A DNA stretch of 61,271 bases, filler included, from Bipalium vagum (Eukaryota): assembly GCA_037834085.1 (NCBI GenBank). It is 3 parts of 3 records of this genome, joined end to end, with 100 filler letters (N's around TTAATTAATTAA, not from the genome) between each part and the next. Parts side by side here need not be neighbours in the genome. Positions count along the whole stretch, not along the records: positions 16,150 to 36,759 come from JBBMKC010247533.1; positions 36,860 to 61,271 come from JBBMKC010201383.1; 1 more part is not named here. One strand, written 5' to 3'. Below, in pieces: positions 27,622-42,055 of the stretch (the stretch's first letter is position 1; the number at the start of each line of letters is the position of its first letter). The translations under genes and the position numbers were made by a program. The notes beneath the pieces are model-generated. The model had not been told where the DNA came from. It did no database searches and worked only from the letters and a program-made list of their open reading frames with translations.

Positions 27622-28990
27622 AATGAAGATAAAGGGAAAAACAAATTATATTAATAGTGACGTACGGGAAAACTTTATTTATTCACATCTACCTCACCAG
27701 GAAGATATTAAAACAAGAAAACTCTTAATTAGAAAAGTAAAACCTAAATAAGACAAATTTCTAAATTTTTTGAGATTTTGACCTGACCTATACGATTGAT
27801 GAACTTGACAGGACATAAGTTTGAGTAGGAATTGGAATTGAAATCTTGATTAAATATGGTCTTTTAGTACTGGTTTTGTTACAAAAAATGTCTGTTTTGA
27901 ACTTTAAACAAATATTTTTTTCGAGGAATTATTAATATAAAGCTTCGAAGTATGAATGAGAGTTACTTTCTTTGTAACTTTTTTAGATTTTAATTTTTTG
28001 ACTATTTATTTCATTTTCAGTTATGATCTAATCAAAGAAAACTTATATTTTGTACTGAAATAAGCTTCTTCGAAACGAAGAAATGCTGATCTTTTAATTT
28101 TTCTTGAATTCAAGAATGTCAATGTTATTGGTTTTCTTGTTTCACCAATTTTCCTTAAGACTCACCAAATCGTTTCCATGTCTTCAGTTCTTCACTCTTT
28201 TAACATGATTTGTTTTTAGTTTTGAGTCTTGAGTGTGTGACATGTTACATTGAGAAGTGGTAAAAAAAATTTTTCAGATCTGTATATATTCAAAAGTATC
28301 AGAAAAAATTGATTACCGGAAGGTTACAATTATATGACTGATTTTATAATGTTCCGAATACAAGACCTGGTCTTATCTTCTATACATAATAAGAAAGTAT
28401 TACGTAAAAATATATTATTCAAAAGTCAAACAAAGTCAATTTAAAATTTAATTCGTCATACCCTTTATCCAGAGATGACTCATCATTTGAGTCATTAATT
28501 GTTTTATCACACTCCTCTCTATATCCTTCAACTTCCCTTCAAGTTATTATTGAATTCATTTTCATTGTTTGCAAGTCCTTTTGCAAATATTCAACATCAC
28601 AAAAACGATTTCGTAACATGATCTTCATTTATTTGTATACAGTAAACTCTCATATAGGGGGCTCTTTTGATTTTGAAATTTCTCGAAGTGCCCCTTACAC
28701 CGAATGTGCCCCTTAGGGCAAGATAAATCCAAAATATTTATTAATTTTTTTTTTCAACACACACATAATCAGTTATTTTCTTTTGTACTTTCATCCTTTT
28801 ATTAAAATTGGAGTAACACTTTCTTCTGAATTCGTAAAATTCTTGTACAGACTCTGGACAAGTCATCGAAATATTTGATTGAATAAGGCTGTATATTCAT
28901 TTAAAAACCAATTCCCATAATGTCTTTTTACGATATTCTGATTTAGGCATAATTTCTACTTAATTTATTATCCATTCTAACCACCGATTT

Positions 28991-29989
28991 TACTATGGTG
29001 ATGCAAAAGTTCGTGCTCAAAAAAAATAAAGTCCATCAGCTTCATGATTTTTATGCCCCCGATCTGTTAGCATTTTATCTGGTCAAACTACAAATTTCTT
29101 TGTTTTGATTCGAATAACTCTATAAGCCATCTCAATTTCAGATTCAGATTCAAATCGGCGTTCTCCGAGAAAGTGTTGTATGGATCAAAACAATCAATAG
29201 TCAGATGGTACATCATCAGGACTATAGGTTTTCCTTTCAGGTTTTCAAATTTTTTCTTGAGTTGTCCTCGTGAAACATTATCCGTTATCGACGAAGAAGG
29301 GCAGGATAATTCAGCTTAAGTGCATCATAAATACGGTCAAGCAGCTGGCAATAAAGCTCTGCGTTTATAGCTTTACCATTTGAAATCAATTCATAATTCC
29401 TTCAAAATTCCATACATAGTAAGAACTTCATGGAAAACCTGATTTGATATGCGACAAAAGGCTGATATTAGCCTCTTGGAACCCATCGTTTTTCTCGGTT
29501 ATGACTAGCTAAATATATCCACTTTTCATCTGATATAACAATACACCCCCAATAACGATCTACTACTAACATCATCTACTAACAGTGAAGGTCGATCTAA
29601 GCTTGGTTTGTTTTCAAGGTTTAAATCTCCATTATTGAAGCGTTTGAACCACTTAGCAGCAGTCCTCTGAGCAACAATTTCTTCACCTTCAAACTCGCAT
29701 ATGTCCTTGCAAGCATCCCTCGGGCTCAGGCCTCTTTTCCAATAGTAGCGCAACAACACTCTTGACTCAAATTCATCTTAATCACAAGATTTGATAAAAA
29801 TTATTTATTGACATTCAAAACCATGCAGTCCATATTTCAATAATTAAACAATCGATAAATTGCAACTTAAATAAAATTATACATTTTAAATATAAAATGT
29901 ACATTTTGAAAATAATGGTAAAACTTTATTTGGAATGTAAAATATTTTTATATTATTTTTTGAGCATGAACTTTTGCATCGTCCTAGTA
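28991..29989 (-). mobile_element. mariner element with both TIRs, transposase pseudogene
   Basis: TACTATGGTGATGCAAAAGTTCGTGCTCAAAAAA ... TTTTTTGAGCATGAACTTTTGCATCGTCCTAGTA. ORF 29526-29759 reads YYWKRG...AQRTAAKWFKRFNNGDLNLE, with YSPDDVPSDY downstream. Confidence 0.88.
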
Positions 29990-32342
29990 TATTTTGCCGT
30001 AAAAATAAAAATTAAATAAGGCATAAGTTGCAAAAAGTTCGGAATATTTCTCTAAGGAATATTTAAAATTGTAATATTTATATTTATAAAGATCAAAAGT
30101 TCCATCTTTAACGTGACCTCCAAATTGATCGAATACTAATAATGTCGTATTTACTCTGGTAAACATACAGGGTTGTGGACAACAGTTGAATTCCCTCTTT
30201 CATAATCTTCGTGTCCATAGTTCCAGGTTGTGATGGTATTATAAATAATTTTTTTGAGATTGGATATTACGTATTGTTTATTACACTTTTTCAGAACAAC
30301 CCTGTTTGCATCTCTGTTTGCAATTTTCCCATGACAATACCCATAAAGCTTACAAGTGGATATTTGTTCCTCCTTTAATAGCTTGTCTTCTTTATCTAAA
30401 TATTTAGAACGAGCTTCAAACTCCATGAGAAATATTAAACCATAAATATATCTTCTAAATTCATTGAAGAAAAAATGCAATTTATTCTAATAATTTAAAC
30501 AAATCATTTAATTATTTAATTCATTCTGAGTTGAGAGAGGACAGAATTAAAAAAAGGAAATTTTGTTTTTTATAAAAACGACGTTTCCCTTCAAAAAATA
30601 TTTTTTTCTTCTTCTATATATTTATAAAAAAAGTTTGAAATAAAAACGATATCTGTTTTTTAGGTTACTTTTAATTTCAATTAATAAAAAATATAGTTTT
30701 ACTTAAAAAATGAATTATTTTTATTTATAAATTTAATTCATTTTCATTTTGGAAAACTGAACGGTTTATTTTTAATTAAATTATAATTATTTTATAAATA
30801 TGTTAAATATAAATTTAATATTTGGAATTTTATAATGTATGTTTATTTATAAAGTTAATTTGGCACTACCAAAGCAATTTAAATATTACTAATAATTAAA
30901 TAAAAAATTCAATTGAATTGTTTTAATGAATGAATTTTTTGGCAAAATAAAACTTTTAAATTAGCCATGAAAATACTTTTATGAAATTTAATAATAATAA
31001 TAATAAAAATAATAACATTAAATGTAATAATGAAATTGGAATATTGTGTTAATCAATATAATGGATTCTGGGAAATTACGTGTGGGATGTGATTTTATTT
31101 TGTAAAATTTATTTTTAAAAGATATTAATAAATAATATTTTTCTTTAATTATAATAATAATAATAATAAAATTGTAGAAATAAAATAGATTAAAACAAAT
31201 AAGGAAATATTTTTGACGATTTTCGACTCAATCTCTGACAACCAAAGGTAAACTAAATTCACTGATTTAAACAAAAATTTTTAAATAATTTCACATCATT
31301 AAAATCCAAAGTTTTTAAAATATTTCTATTTATCTTTCTGCGATATTTATATAATGAAGGTCGACATAAAGAAAACAATTTTAGTTGCAGAAATTTTATT
31401 TATTTATTTTCTTCTCAAGTTAATTGCAACTGTCTAACAGTTTACGGAAAAATACCACCCCGTAATCCACCTATAATTGGTCTTCTTCTCAACTATCTCG
31501 GGAACGCCTTATCAAGAGAAATCAGTCAAAGGAATGTAGAGAACTACAGGGGTCGTAAACGTCGCTCTTTATACATCTATATTATATAACCCTCATCTCA
31601 TTTTACGAAATTGTTCACGACGAGTTAAGTTCATTTTCTAATGACATTATTGATTTCAGCTATATCCCATTGAGAACGAGACTGCTGACAGCATTTAGCT
31701 AAATACTCGTTCAGAATAACAGCGAAATTAAATCTAATTTCCCATATGGTCAACAGGAAAAAAGATAAAACACGAATAAATAATTACCAAGCATTGTCTT
31801 GCTTCCTAAGAAGACATGAATGACTATGGTAAAGTACTTCTCTCGGTTTGGAGACCAATAAGGTTCACCCTACCCTTGTCCATCGTTTCGTGACGGAATC
31901 ATTGTCTGCCCAACATGATTTGCCGTATAACATTTAATGCAATTACTTGAAATAATTTCTTCAGCAATAATTGAAAAAAAAACGAAAATTGATGTCAATC
32001 CAGCTCTGAGCATGCCTAATTTTCCCTATTTGGGATTTGACAATGATTTCTTGAAAATAGAATTGTCCTCCACAGAAATAGGCCTGATATGAAAGTTATC
32101 TCAGTGACTGGATGCTGTTTGAGTATAGAGAATCCACATGAAACTGTGAGCATAGAAAACCGGTTATCTAGTAGGGCCAATACACACTCGGACTGAGGAG
32201 GGAAAATCGTTCCCCAGTCCCAATAAAACAATGTGTTCTTCCACACACAATAATTATAAATAAATCCAGGAGACTGATTCTGGCAATTCGACGTTCTGTT
32301 CCCATAACATTATTGCGCTGACTTTGAGATTTTGCCCAAAAA

Positions 32343-32590
32343 ATGTTCATGATTTTGAAGAATATGGTTTTCAAGAACCAGAAGAAGAAATCACGTTAGT
32401 TCCATTCAAGCCTCTCTGATCAATTGTCGAATGCCGTAATTTTGATCATGGTTTTTTTTGTTCAGATAATGATTTCGAAGATCTGGATCTGAACATTCTC
32501 CGATATCGGCCGGCTTCTTTGGATGATCTGGTGAAAAAGGTCAATTTCAGTAAACGAGAAATACAAATAATGTATCGTGGATTTAAACAA
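32343..32590 (+). CDS. KCNIP: Kv channel-interacting protein (KChIP/calsenilin, NCS family), exons 32343-32394 (tentative) and 32466-32590
   Basis: cag|AT NDFEDLDLNILRYRPASLDDLVKKVNFSKREIQIMYRGFKQ|gtaata matches KChIP R.RPE.L..L...T.F...ELQ.LYRGFK. The upstream ATG exon MFMILKNMVFKNQKKKS C|gttagt is phase-compatible. Confidence 0.88.
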
Positions 32591-33919
32591 GTAATATTCA
32601 TCATGTTTTTCTCATGAAATTAATATTTAATTATTTGTTTTAATGAATAACCGATTCAATAATTAAGTAGGATGTGTTGATAAATTTAGGAGAAATCAAA
32701 ATTATTTATTTTAAATGCGTACGATGTTCTTTTTCAATTGGTCAAAGATCGTCACAAACTGTGGTATTGTGACAACTCCAAATATATCTGAAAGTGCACG
32801 AGTTGATTGTTTAAGATTAGAATTGATAAGGACTTTTAAATGACTGCTACTAATATCTAACAGTCGTCCTGAGCGGCAGTCTTATTAAATAGATGTTTCT
32901 CCAGAACTAAATCTTTTATACCCAGGCTGAGAAACATCGTTTGCAAATTAAATCTTTGTTCCACAACTGGAAAATATTGCATGCACACTCTGATACAATT
33001 TTCTTTAATTTAAATTCATATAATGATAGACATGTTTGAATTTTCGCCGTTGTCATTGTATCTTATACCAAGTTTTATATTATTCAAACAAACCTAAAAT
33101 AATAAAATAAAATTTATTTCAACAAATGCTTAACTGTTCCAATATCGGAAATCAATAAATGAAAAAATAGTAATCGAAATTTTATTTTTTTCGTTTAATA
33201 TTTGTATATAGAGGCGACAATACTTTTCCATCAATCTGATATTTACATAGAAAAGATATATTAAAGAATTTATTAAAATATATTTTACTCTAAAAAACAA
33301 ATAAAAAAAAATAAAAAACAGCTTCAATCTTTAATAAATTTTAATTGATTAAATTAAAATCGATTTAAAGTGTTGTTAATCGAAAGTTTATAACGATAAT
33401 CTGTTATTCCCTGATGGGAAATTATTAAACTGTGAAGCTGTGTTGAAATTGTTTTACGATGAAAATTGTCCATTAAAACAAATTAAAATTGGTCTCCAAC
33501 TTAAGCGAAAAGCGTGAATTTTTTTTCCAGAAATCCTCGGCCAGATGAGAATGTCTTTTGGCAGAGAATGGCAGATCGAAGCTTCTATTTAAAGAGGCTG
33601 GAATCGAATTTCAATGTGGCCGATTTCGGCCAGAAATGGTTAATTATTAGTGGAATAAGTTTCCTGTTTAAGTTGATGGAATAAATAATTGTCAATGATC
33701 AAGTGAATATGTGAGATATCAAACTCTTTCGTTTCATTTCACGATTTCTGTTCATTTCTTATTGAAGTTGTTGAACGATTTTCTTACAACCAAGATATTC
33801 TTGAAACAGACCTTTCTTTCTCGAAAATTCTGATAACCCATAACATATTAGGTCGACAAGAAATTATTTTCTTTATTTTATATAAGGAAACTTTTTAAAA
33901 AAATTCAGAAGTAACATTT

Positions 33920-34140
33920 TTAAATCCAGCAAGATAATTCCCATTTCTGTCTTTAAAGGACTAAATCAATTCACCTTAAATAAACTTCTCCCTTTTTTTA
34001 ATCGAAGACTTGTTTCAATATTCTTCTTCACACTAAATGATTTGTCAATATAAAATGTTGCATCAATTGGAATAGATGGAAATCTGGTGGGGCAATAACT
34101 GGATTGTACGATGGGTGTAGCTGATCTTTCCAGTCAAAAT
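33920..34140 (-). pseudogene. mariner transposase C-terminal fragment (KChIP intron)
   Basis: Minus strand FDWKDQLHPSYNPVIAPPDFHLFQLMQHF resembles WEVLPHPPYSPDIAPSDFHLF. Confidence 0.7.
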
Positions 34141-34233
34141 TGGTACATATCAAGTAGAGCACCAATAAAAACCAATTCAATTACTTAACATTTGCAATTT
34201 CTTTTGTCCATGTGAGATAATTTGATATTAGTC

Positions 34234-34307
34234 GGAGGATGTAGCTCAGCGATCAGAGCAGTCCATGCACATGTGAAGAGTTCCTGGTTCGAATCCCGGT
34301 ATCTCCG
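34234..34307 (+). pseudogene. tRNA-Ala-like pseudogene or tRNA-derived SINE head
   Basis: GGAGGATGTAGCTCAGCGATCAGAGC...GGTTCGAATCCCGGTATCTCC has A and B boxes, a T-arm and tRNA-Ala-like ends. The anticodon arm does not pair and the D-loop GG is lost. Confidence 0.6.
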
Positions 34308-34469
34308 ATTAATTTTCAACTAACAGTCTATACCAAATAATTTTGTGGTAATATATTCTAAAGGTCAACAACATCAATGTATGTCAGGCTCCAGAATGTT
34401 GATAACTTTTCAATATCAAATTTCCATCTCAAAAACGAGATAACGATAATTGAACTTTATGAACATGTA

Positions 34470-34930
34470 ATACACCTGGTCCATTAACACCAGACACATT
34501 TTTGGTTTCCAAAATGTGTTATCGCTGTGGAACTCGTAAAGTATTCAGCTTTCACAAATTTTAAATTGGAAAAATAAAAAGGACACGAGCCAATCTGAAA
34601 TAAGTAATTTAATTGAGCCATTATGTATGCAGGTCAAATAAACAAAATTTTCATTATGGTGACATGAGGATTAAAAATTGTTTAATTTGTAATACTTAAA
34701 AAGTGGCATTATTTTATTGCCTGATTAATATTATTTTTTGTCGTGAAATTACACGATAATAACATTTTGAAAAGCAGACATTAATTGGCCTCCGAGATCA
34801 TCTGACTTAACTTCTTTGGATTTCATTTAGGGCTTTCTGGAAAAGTAAGGTTTACACGAACAATCCAGAAACAACAAATGAGCTAAAGGACAATATTCAC
34901 AAAGCAATTAGATCTAAGGGGCCCACTTTT
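34470..34930 (+). pseudogene. DD41D/rosa-like transposase fragment
   Basis: INWPPRSSDLTSLDF...KVYTNNPETTNELKDNI (WPPRSPDLTPLDF motif). Confidence 0.6.
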
Positions 34931-36682
34931 TTGGTCACTTTTTTCTTAAGCATTCAGTAAATTGTGCTTCAATGATTTAGTTAGTTTTGGAACGTCTCGA
35001 ACTCTTCACACCTTATCATCCAGGGGAATGAAATTTGATGAATATGGTGGTCATTCTTGTGATGTCAAAAGTGCAGAAACAACCTTGTTCTGTTTTCTTC
35101 AATTTACAGCACTGAATCAGGCTTTAATTTTAGTTCATTTTGACAAAATGACAAACGTTAAATTCTGAACACCTATACCCATTTTCTCCTTGGACACTGT
35201 AATTCATATGATTAAGAAATTTTTTGTTATATTGTTAGAATGTACAGTCTCACATTTTGTCAAGAATTAAAGTATGTGTGAGAAGGTCATTTTTGATACC
35301 ACTGCTTTGAGGACCTCTATGAAATGAAAAATTTCGCCATTCTTTTAGTACATGAACCAATTCAATAAATTGTGATTAAAATTATAATGTCTAAATTTTC
35401 AGTTCAAATCTTTAAGACCTTTTTTATTATTTGAGAATACTGAGAACCTCATCATAAATACCGTTCATATCAAGTTGTCAAATAGGAAATTTGTGAAATG
35501 CAATACCAGGTTTATTGATACATTGCAAATACAAGGAAATATGTTATTCATTTAAGTATGCACCATATTTTCTTTACATTTTCCCATATTCTGCGACAGT
35601 TATATAAAACCCAGGCAAACGAGAGTCAATGAATTCCTGGAAGACTTGTTGTTCATTGCTGAAATTGAACTGTTTTTTTTTATAAAAATTTTCCTAGAAG
35701 ATATGGTAATCAGTTGGAACTATGTCTGATGAGTATGAAAGATGATTAAGAAGTTCCAATTCCAATTCATGTAACTTTCCTAGAATTTTTGTGCAATTAG
35801 CCGTCTAGTGTTATCTAATGTTTCGCTCAGTCTGTGGTGCTGCTGTAAGATGTAAAAACTCTTGATGATGCACATTTTAAATAACATTGATTGATTAAAA
35901 CAATTGATTAATATTTTTCAGCTTACAAAGATTACTTTAAGCAGAAGGAATATGTAAAGTATCAATATCAAAACTGAATGGTAACATATTAAGCATATGT
36001 CAAATAGTCAACTGGTAAAGTGTGTAATATTATTAACTACAAATTTCGTGCTCGACAGCCAAATACATTTTCTGACACCGAAAAGTTTTTATTTGTGCTT
36101 AAACTCACATATCAAAGAATGAGAGAAAAACATTTTATGTCAGAAATTTTCATTCATCAAGAAAGAGTGTATTTTAATTTTAATTATTGAACCAAATTCT
36201 TATCAGGAAATAAAATGGATTTTTCTCGAATAACTAAACAAATTGTAACAATAAACTGTTTTTATTGAAAAATCCTGGTGTATTAATCCTGATGGTAACC
36301 AAATCCTAAAATAGTAGGCTTCAGGTCGGCTGAGTAGAACTCAAATAATAGTGGAACTTGAATTTTTGAAGGCCTTGGATTTATTTTAGAAATATATAAT
36401 AAAAATAAAAACATCGAATTATTCGAAGTGGAGTTGAGGAAGAATTAAATTCATTCTCTACGGTATTAGGTTCCATACAGTTTAATAGACGCTTTTCCTC
36501 ATCAATGAGCTCACCCCATGATCTCTTCAATGTTTTTTTCTTTGTAATACCGCAAATTAAGAAATATACATTTTAAAAAAGGTCAGAAATATTTTTTTAA
36601 AAAAATTCAATTAAATTATTATTTTTAATTATTTCTTTTGTAATTTATATTTTTTTATAATAATAATAACTCTATATTTTAG

Positions 36683-36752
36683 GAATGTCCAACAGGTATA
36701 ATTAGTAAAGAAAATTTTCAACAAATATATTGTCAATTCTTTCCGCAAGGAG
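36683..36752 (+). CDS. KCNIP: KChIP exon (EF-hand 1 region); gene cut off by the assembly gap
   Basis: ttttag|ECPTGIISKENFQQIYCQFFPQG G|gtgagt. This 70-nt exon is in phase with the previous one and carries the diagnostic ECP.G...F..IY.QFFPQG motif. Confidence 0.92.
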
Positions 36753-36759
36753 GTGAGTA

Positions 36760-36859
36760 NNNNNNNNNNNNNNNNNNNNNNNNNNNNNNNNNNNNNNNNN
36801 NNNTTAATTAATTAANNNNNNNNNNNNNNNNNNNNNNNNNNNNNNNNNNNNNNNNNNNN
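36760..36859. other. Assembly gap with artificial TTAATTAATTAA linker (36804-36815)
   Basis: 44 N + linker + 44 N, followed by a (TTA)n tract at 36860-36923. Confidence 0.95.
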
Positions 36860-36862
36860 TTA

Positions 36863-36900
<38 letters not shown>

Positions 36901-38853
36901 GTTATTATTATTATTATTATTATAAATCTATAAATCTATTAAAAATGTATTTATTTAATAACTAAGAACAATATTATTTAAGCAACTAAATAAATAAAGT
37001 TCATAAAAATATCATACATTATAGCGAATTCTCCATATCTTATGGAGAGTTAAGATACATACTTTTTATATAAATTTGTCGGGAGCTGCCCGTTCTGTAT
37101 CTTATAGTAAGTATTACTTATAGAGGAAGTTGACTGTGTTTCGTACATATTATTTTTATCAAGAATTATTTTCTTTATTTCTTTTTTACTTCTCTGAGAT
37201 TTTTTTCCGTAATCTTTTTTCTTAATGAAAATAATTTTAAAAATAAAATTATTAATTAATTAATTAAAAATATCTAAAAAAAAAAGAAAGGTTTACATAT
37301 CAATACTTCTCATAATCATGCCGATATGATTATCAAATTAAATTAAAAATCGAGTCTGGTTTACTAATTGTGTTGTTATCAAAACAATTTTCCATTTGAG
37401 AAAATGATTAACAATCTATATGTTTCACTACACAGTTTTAAAGTGTCTACCAAAAGCTATTTAGAGGTCATCAGAAATCTGAAAACCTACTTTATCACAA
37501 AAAGGTTTTTCCATTTCAGTTTATAAAAATTTTTTCTACAATTCATTGATACACATTCTAAATGAAATATTTTCAGAAATCCAGTTCGGCTTTTTTAATT
37601 TTTCACCGCGATTAACACTACGAAGAAACTGATTAGTGTCAATGAGAATGCAGTCCGAATAATAGATTGTACATTGTAGCACGCCTCTCAAAACAAACTT
37701 TTAATCAAAACTTTCAATTCTGAAATAAGTCAAACCTCGAACACTTCAAAAAGGACTTATATCTCCAGACTTTCAGTTTTTGAAATTGAAATGTGATTAG
37801 AATAAGATTGATAGCTGAGATTAATCTGAAAAAATCTGTTGTCAAAGTTTTTGTCCCTTGAAATTGAATGTAACCTTAATCAATATTAACTACTCTTTTT
37901 TTTTATTTATTTAAAAATATATAATTTTTAAAGTTTATTTATTTATTTCCTTTAACAACCATGAAATAGTCACAGGCCCCGTGGTTTGACTCGTCTGTCT
38001 TTAGTCGATGTGAAAGTGATTCTGCGATTAATGTTGTGCTTCATTTAATTATCATCATAAAATGTAAAACAAATTTTTATCAAAACAGTACTTCACTGAG
38101 GAGATTTTAATATGGTTTTATGTAAAATTATATTTGTAGGGATTTTGGAACTATATTTTAGATACTTAGCGTTTTTTTGAGTTTATTTTGATAAACCAAC
38201 TAAGCACTAAAATTGATCTATTGTCTCAGACAAAAAAACAATAAATTGAATAATTGATGTGGAAGATATTTTTTCTAAATCCAAGACCAAAAACTTTAAC
38301 CATTAAAAAATAAAGATCTATGTTCAACAATAATAAAAGCATTTTCTATATCGACAGTCTGATTAAGTAAACATTTTATTTACTTTAAAAAAAAATTAAT
38401 ATTTGTCATTTACCGTCTTCAAAGAAATAAAAATCAAATTACTGAATCATTAGAATGTCATTGGACTTAAATTGGGATTTTCAAAATTTGTCACACAAAT
38501 CTTTTCTAACCCTTTGCATGACAACAGATCAATGACCCATGAAAACAAAGCACTTAAACTGTGTCCACTCTCAAATGAACCATTTTTTCCACTTTTTGCT
38601 ACCAGAAAATCAGAAAACATGACCACTTTAAGAAAGAATGTTGGGAAATAGTGAGCGCCACTCGAGTCACTTGTGCCATAAGTCAATCAAAAATTGTTTA
38701 CCAACAAAAACTATTAGTGGATCGAACCATGCTCAATAATCGATCACTTAAGAAGACATTGAAGCAGAAAAAACGAAAATGAAACTATTGTATTTTTGAC
38801 AATCAACTCAAACCAATAAAAGTAATCATGTTCAATAGCTTAAAAGTGTCACT

Positions 38854-40182
<1,329 letters not shown>

Positions 40183-40697
40183 TTTTAGAAATTAAATATC
40201 TTCAAATGGCAACGTAACAAGTTTAAATATGACAATGACTGTGTGTAAACGCAATTGAATCATTAAAACAAAGTCAATTTTATTAATCGAAAATTTGGTA
40301 ATAATAATAATAATTAACACGATTTTTTCTATATTAATTATAAAATAGCAAAATTTATTTTAAAATTTTTTACAAGAAAATTAAAATTGTCTTTTAAATA
40401 CCTAAAGTTCAATGTTTGTAATTAGAGATAAGTAATTTAAACAGGTAACAGTATTTTTTCTATCCAATGGTAAAAAAATCTGTCCCATAAGAGTTGTGAT
40501 TGTATTTAGAGATGTGATTGCTCAAATTGAAAGTTCTTTCATCCTCTATCAACAAATAAAGCGTCTATTTTGAATTGGATTATGATGAATCAAGTCTAAT
40601 GGAATGGCCTTTTAAATTGTAAGTAAAGGAATAACTGTTCGATATGAATGGAATTCGATCAATATTTTTTAGTTTCATTGTAAAAGGTAATTTTAAA

Positions 40698-40928
40698 ATG
40701 TTATATTCAAATATTATTTTTCTATTAGGAATAATGATTCAGACAACGGCTTTAAAATTAACAGAAGAGCAGGTTATTCACAATTATATAAATCAATATG
40801 TTAATGAGATCCCTGAAGCTCTGAGTGTCAATAATTCAATTTCTGTAAATATTTCCTTTATTTTGAATCAGATAATCGATTTGGATGAACGCCAACAAAT
40901 ATTGACCACCAGCATCTATATAGAGCAA
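40698..40928 (+). CDS. Cys-loop ligand-gated ion channel (nAChR-like), exon 1: signal peptide plus N-terminal ligand-binding domain
   Basis: MLYSNIIFLLGIMIQTTA signal-like peptide, then V.ISFILNQIIDLDERQQILTTSIYIEQ|gtgagt (phase 0), a typical nAChR motif. Confidence 0.88.
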
Positions 40929-42055
40929 GTGAGTTGATCATAATCATTAAATTTTGTTTAGAATCACAAACAAGACAGGAATTTAATGTAAATAAGAATA
41001 CCATGCTTTATGTAATCAAAATAGTTTACATCATTTTCAGTTGATTGTTTCTGAAGATCATGATGGAATTTTGTTACAAAATTAGTACCGATTTTAAAGT
41101 CTAGAAATTTTGTAATGGAAAAGAGATTAATATTTTTCTTTCCTTTTCAGATTTTTTTAATTGGTGATGATTTTTTGCTAATTTCCTATTTCTTTCCTGT
41201 TCTAATTTTTTAAAAATCTAAAGCGTGGTTATAATTAGTGAATAATAAAAATATAATAAATAAAGTTTTTCTTTTATTAAAAAATTTATGCTCAAATATG
41301 TACGTGTTCATTTTTGAATCAAGTAACTTAGATTTATTGATAAATAACTGTTTATTTTATTTATTTATATATATTTATTATTGGATATGCGTTATTATTT
41401 ATTCAGTTATAAATTATTTAAAAGAAAAGATATGGTTGTCCTAACAAAACTTTATAAAAATGTTTGAGATGATTTACTGGCTTCTTTTAATAGATGATAT
41501 CAAATATGTTAATAACAATCTGAATTAATATCCTATGTACCGTTGTCAAGAAATAAATAGCATGCTTTTTTCATTAAAAATGTCAACTTTCGTTAAGTTT
41601 TAGTAACAGCATTCAATTCTAAATTCTTCTCGGACTGCCATTCGATAGAACCTTTAACTTTCTTTCTAAATTTTAATTAAAGTATAAAGTCGAGAACCTG
41701 TAATCATCAAATGAATAGTTAAACCAAATAAGGAGCTTAATTGTATATATAAATCATGTCAGTCTTACTTTTACGAATTCAGTTAAATGTTTGACACTAT
41801 ACAATTTTTTGTCAAATTATGTATAGAGTACCATTTTACTTAATTTGGATATCTTTATATTTTTACAAGTTAGTACTTCGTTTATAATTTTACATTTTTA
41901 ATTTGAATATTTCGTTTGGGACGTTGATAAAATGAAAACTAAAATTCAGTGTCGACCAAAAGTCTGAATATTTTTTTAAAAAACAAAAATGAAGAAAAAA
42001 GAAAATTTTAATTTTAAAATACATTTCAATTCAAACATGATTTTTTGATGAAGTT

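Noticed and set aside
28158-28195. Minus-strand CTGAAGA-CATG-GAAAC...GTC hammerhead-like core
   Set aside because: Helix I would have only 2 bp, and the region reads like a Tc1 transposase fragment (WKRFGE).
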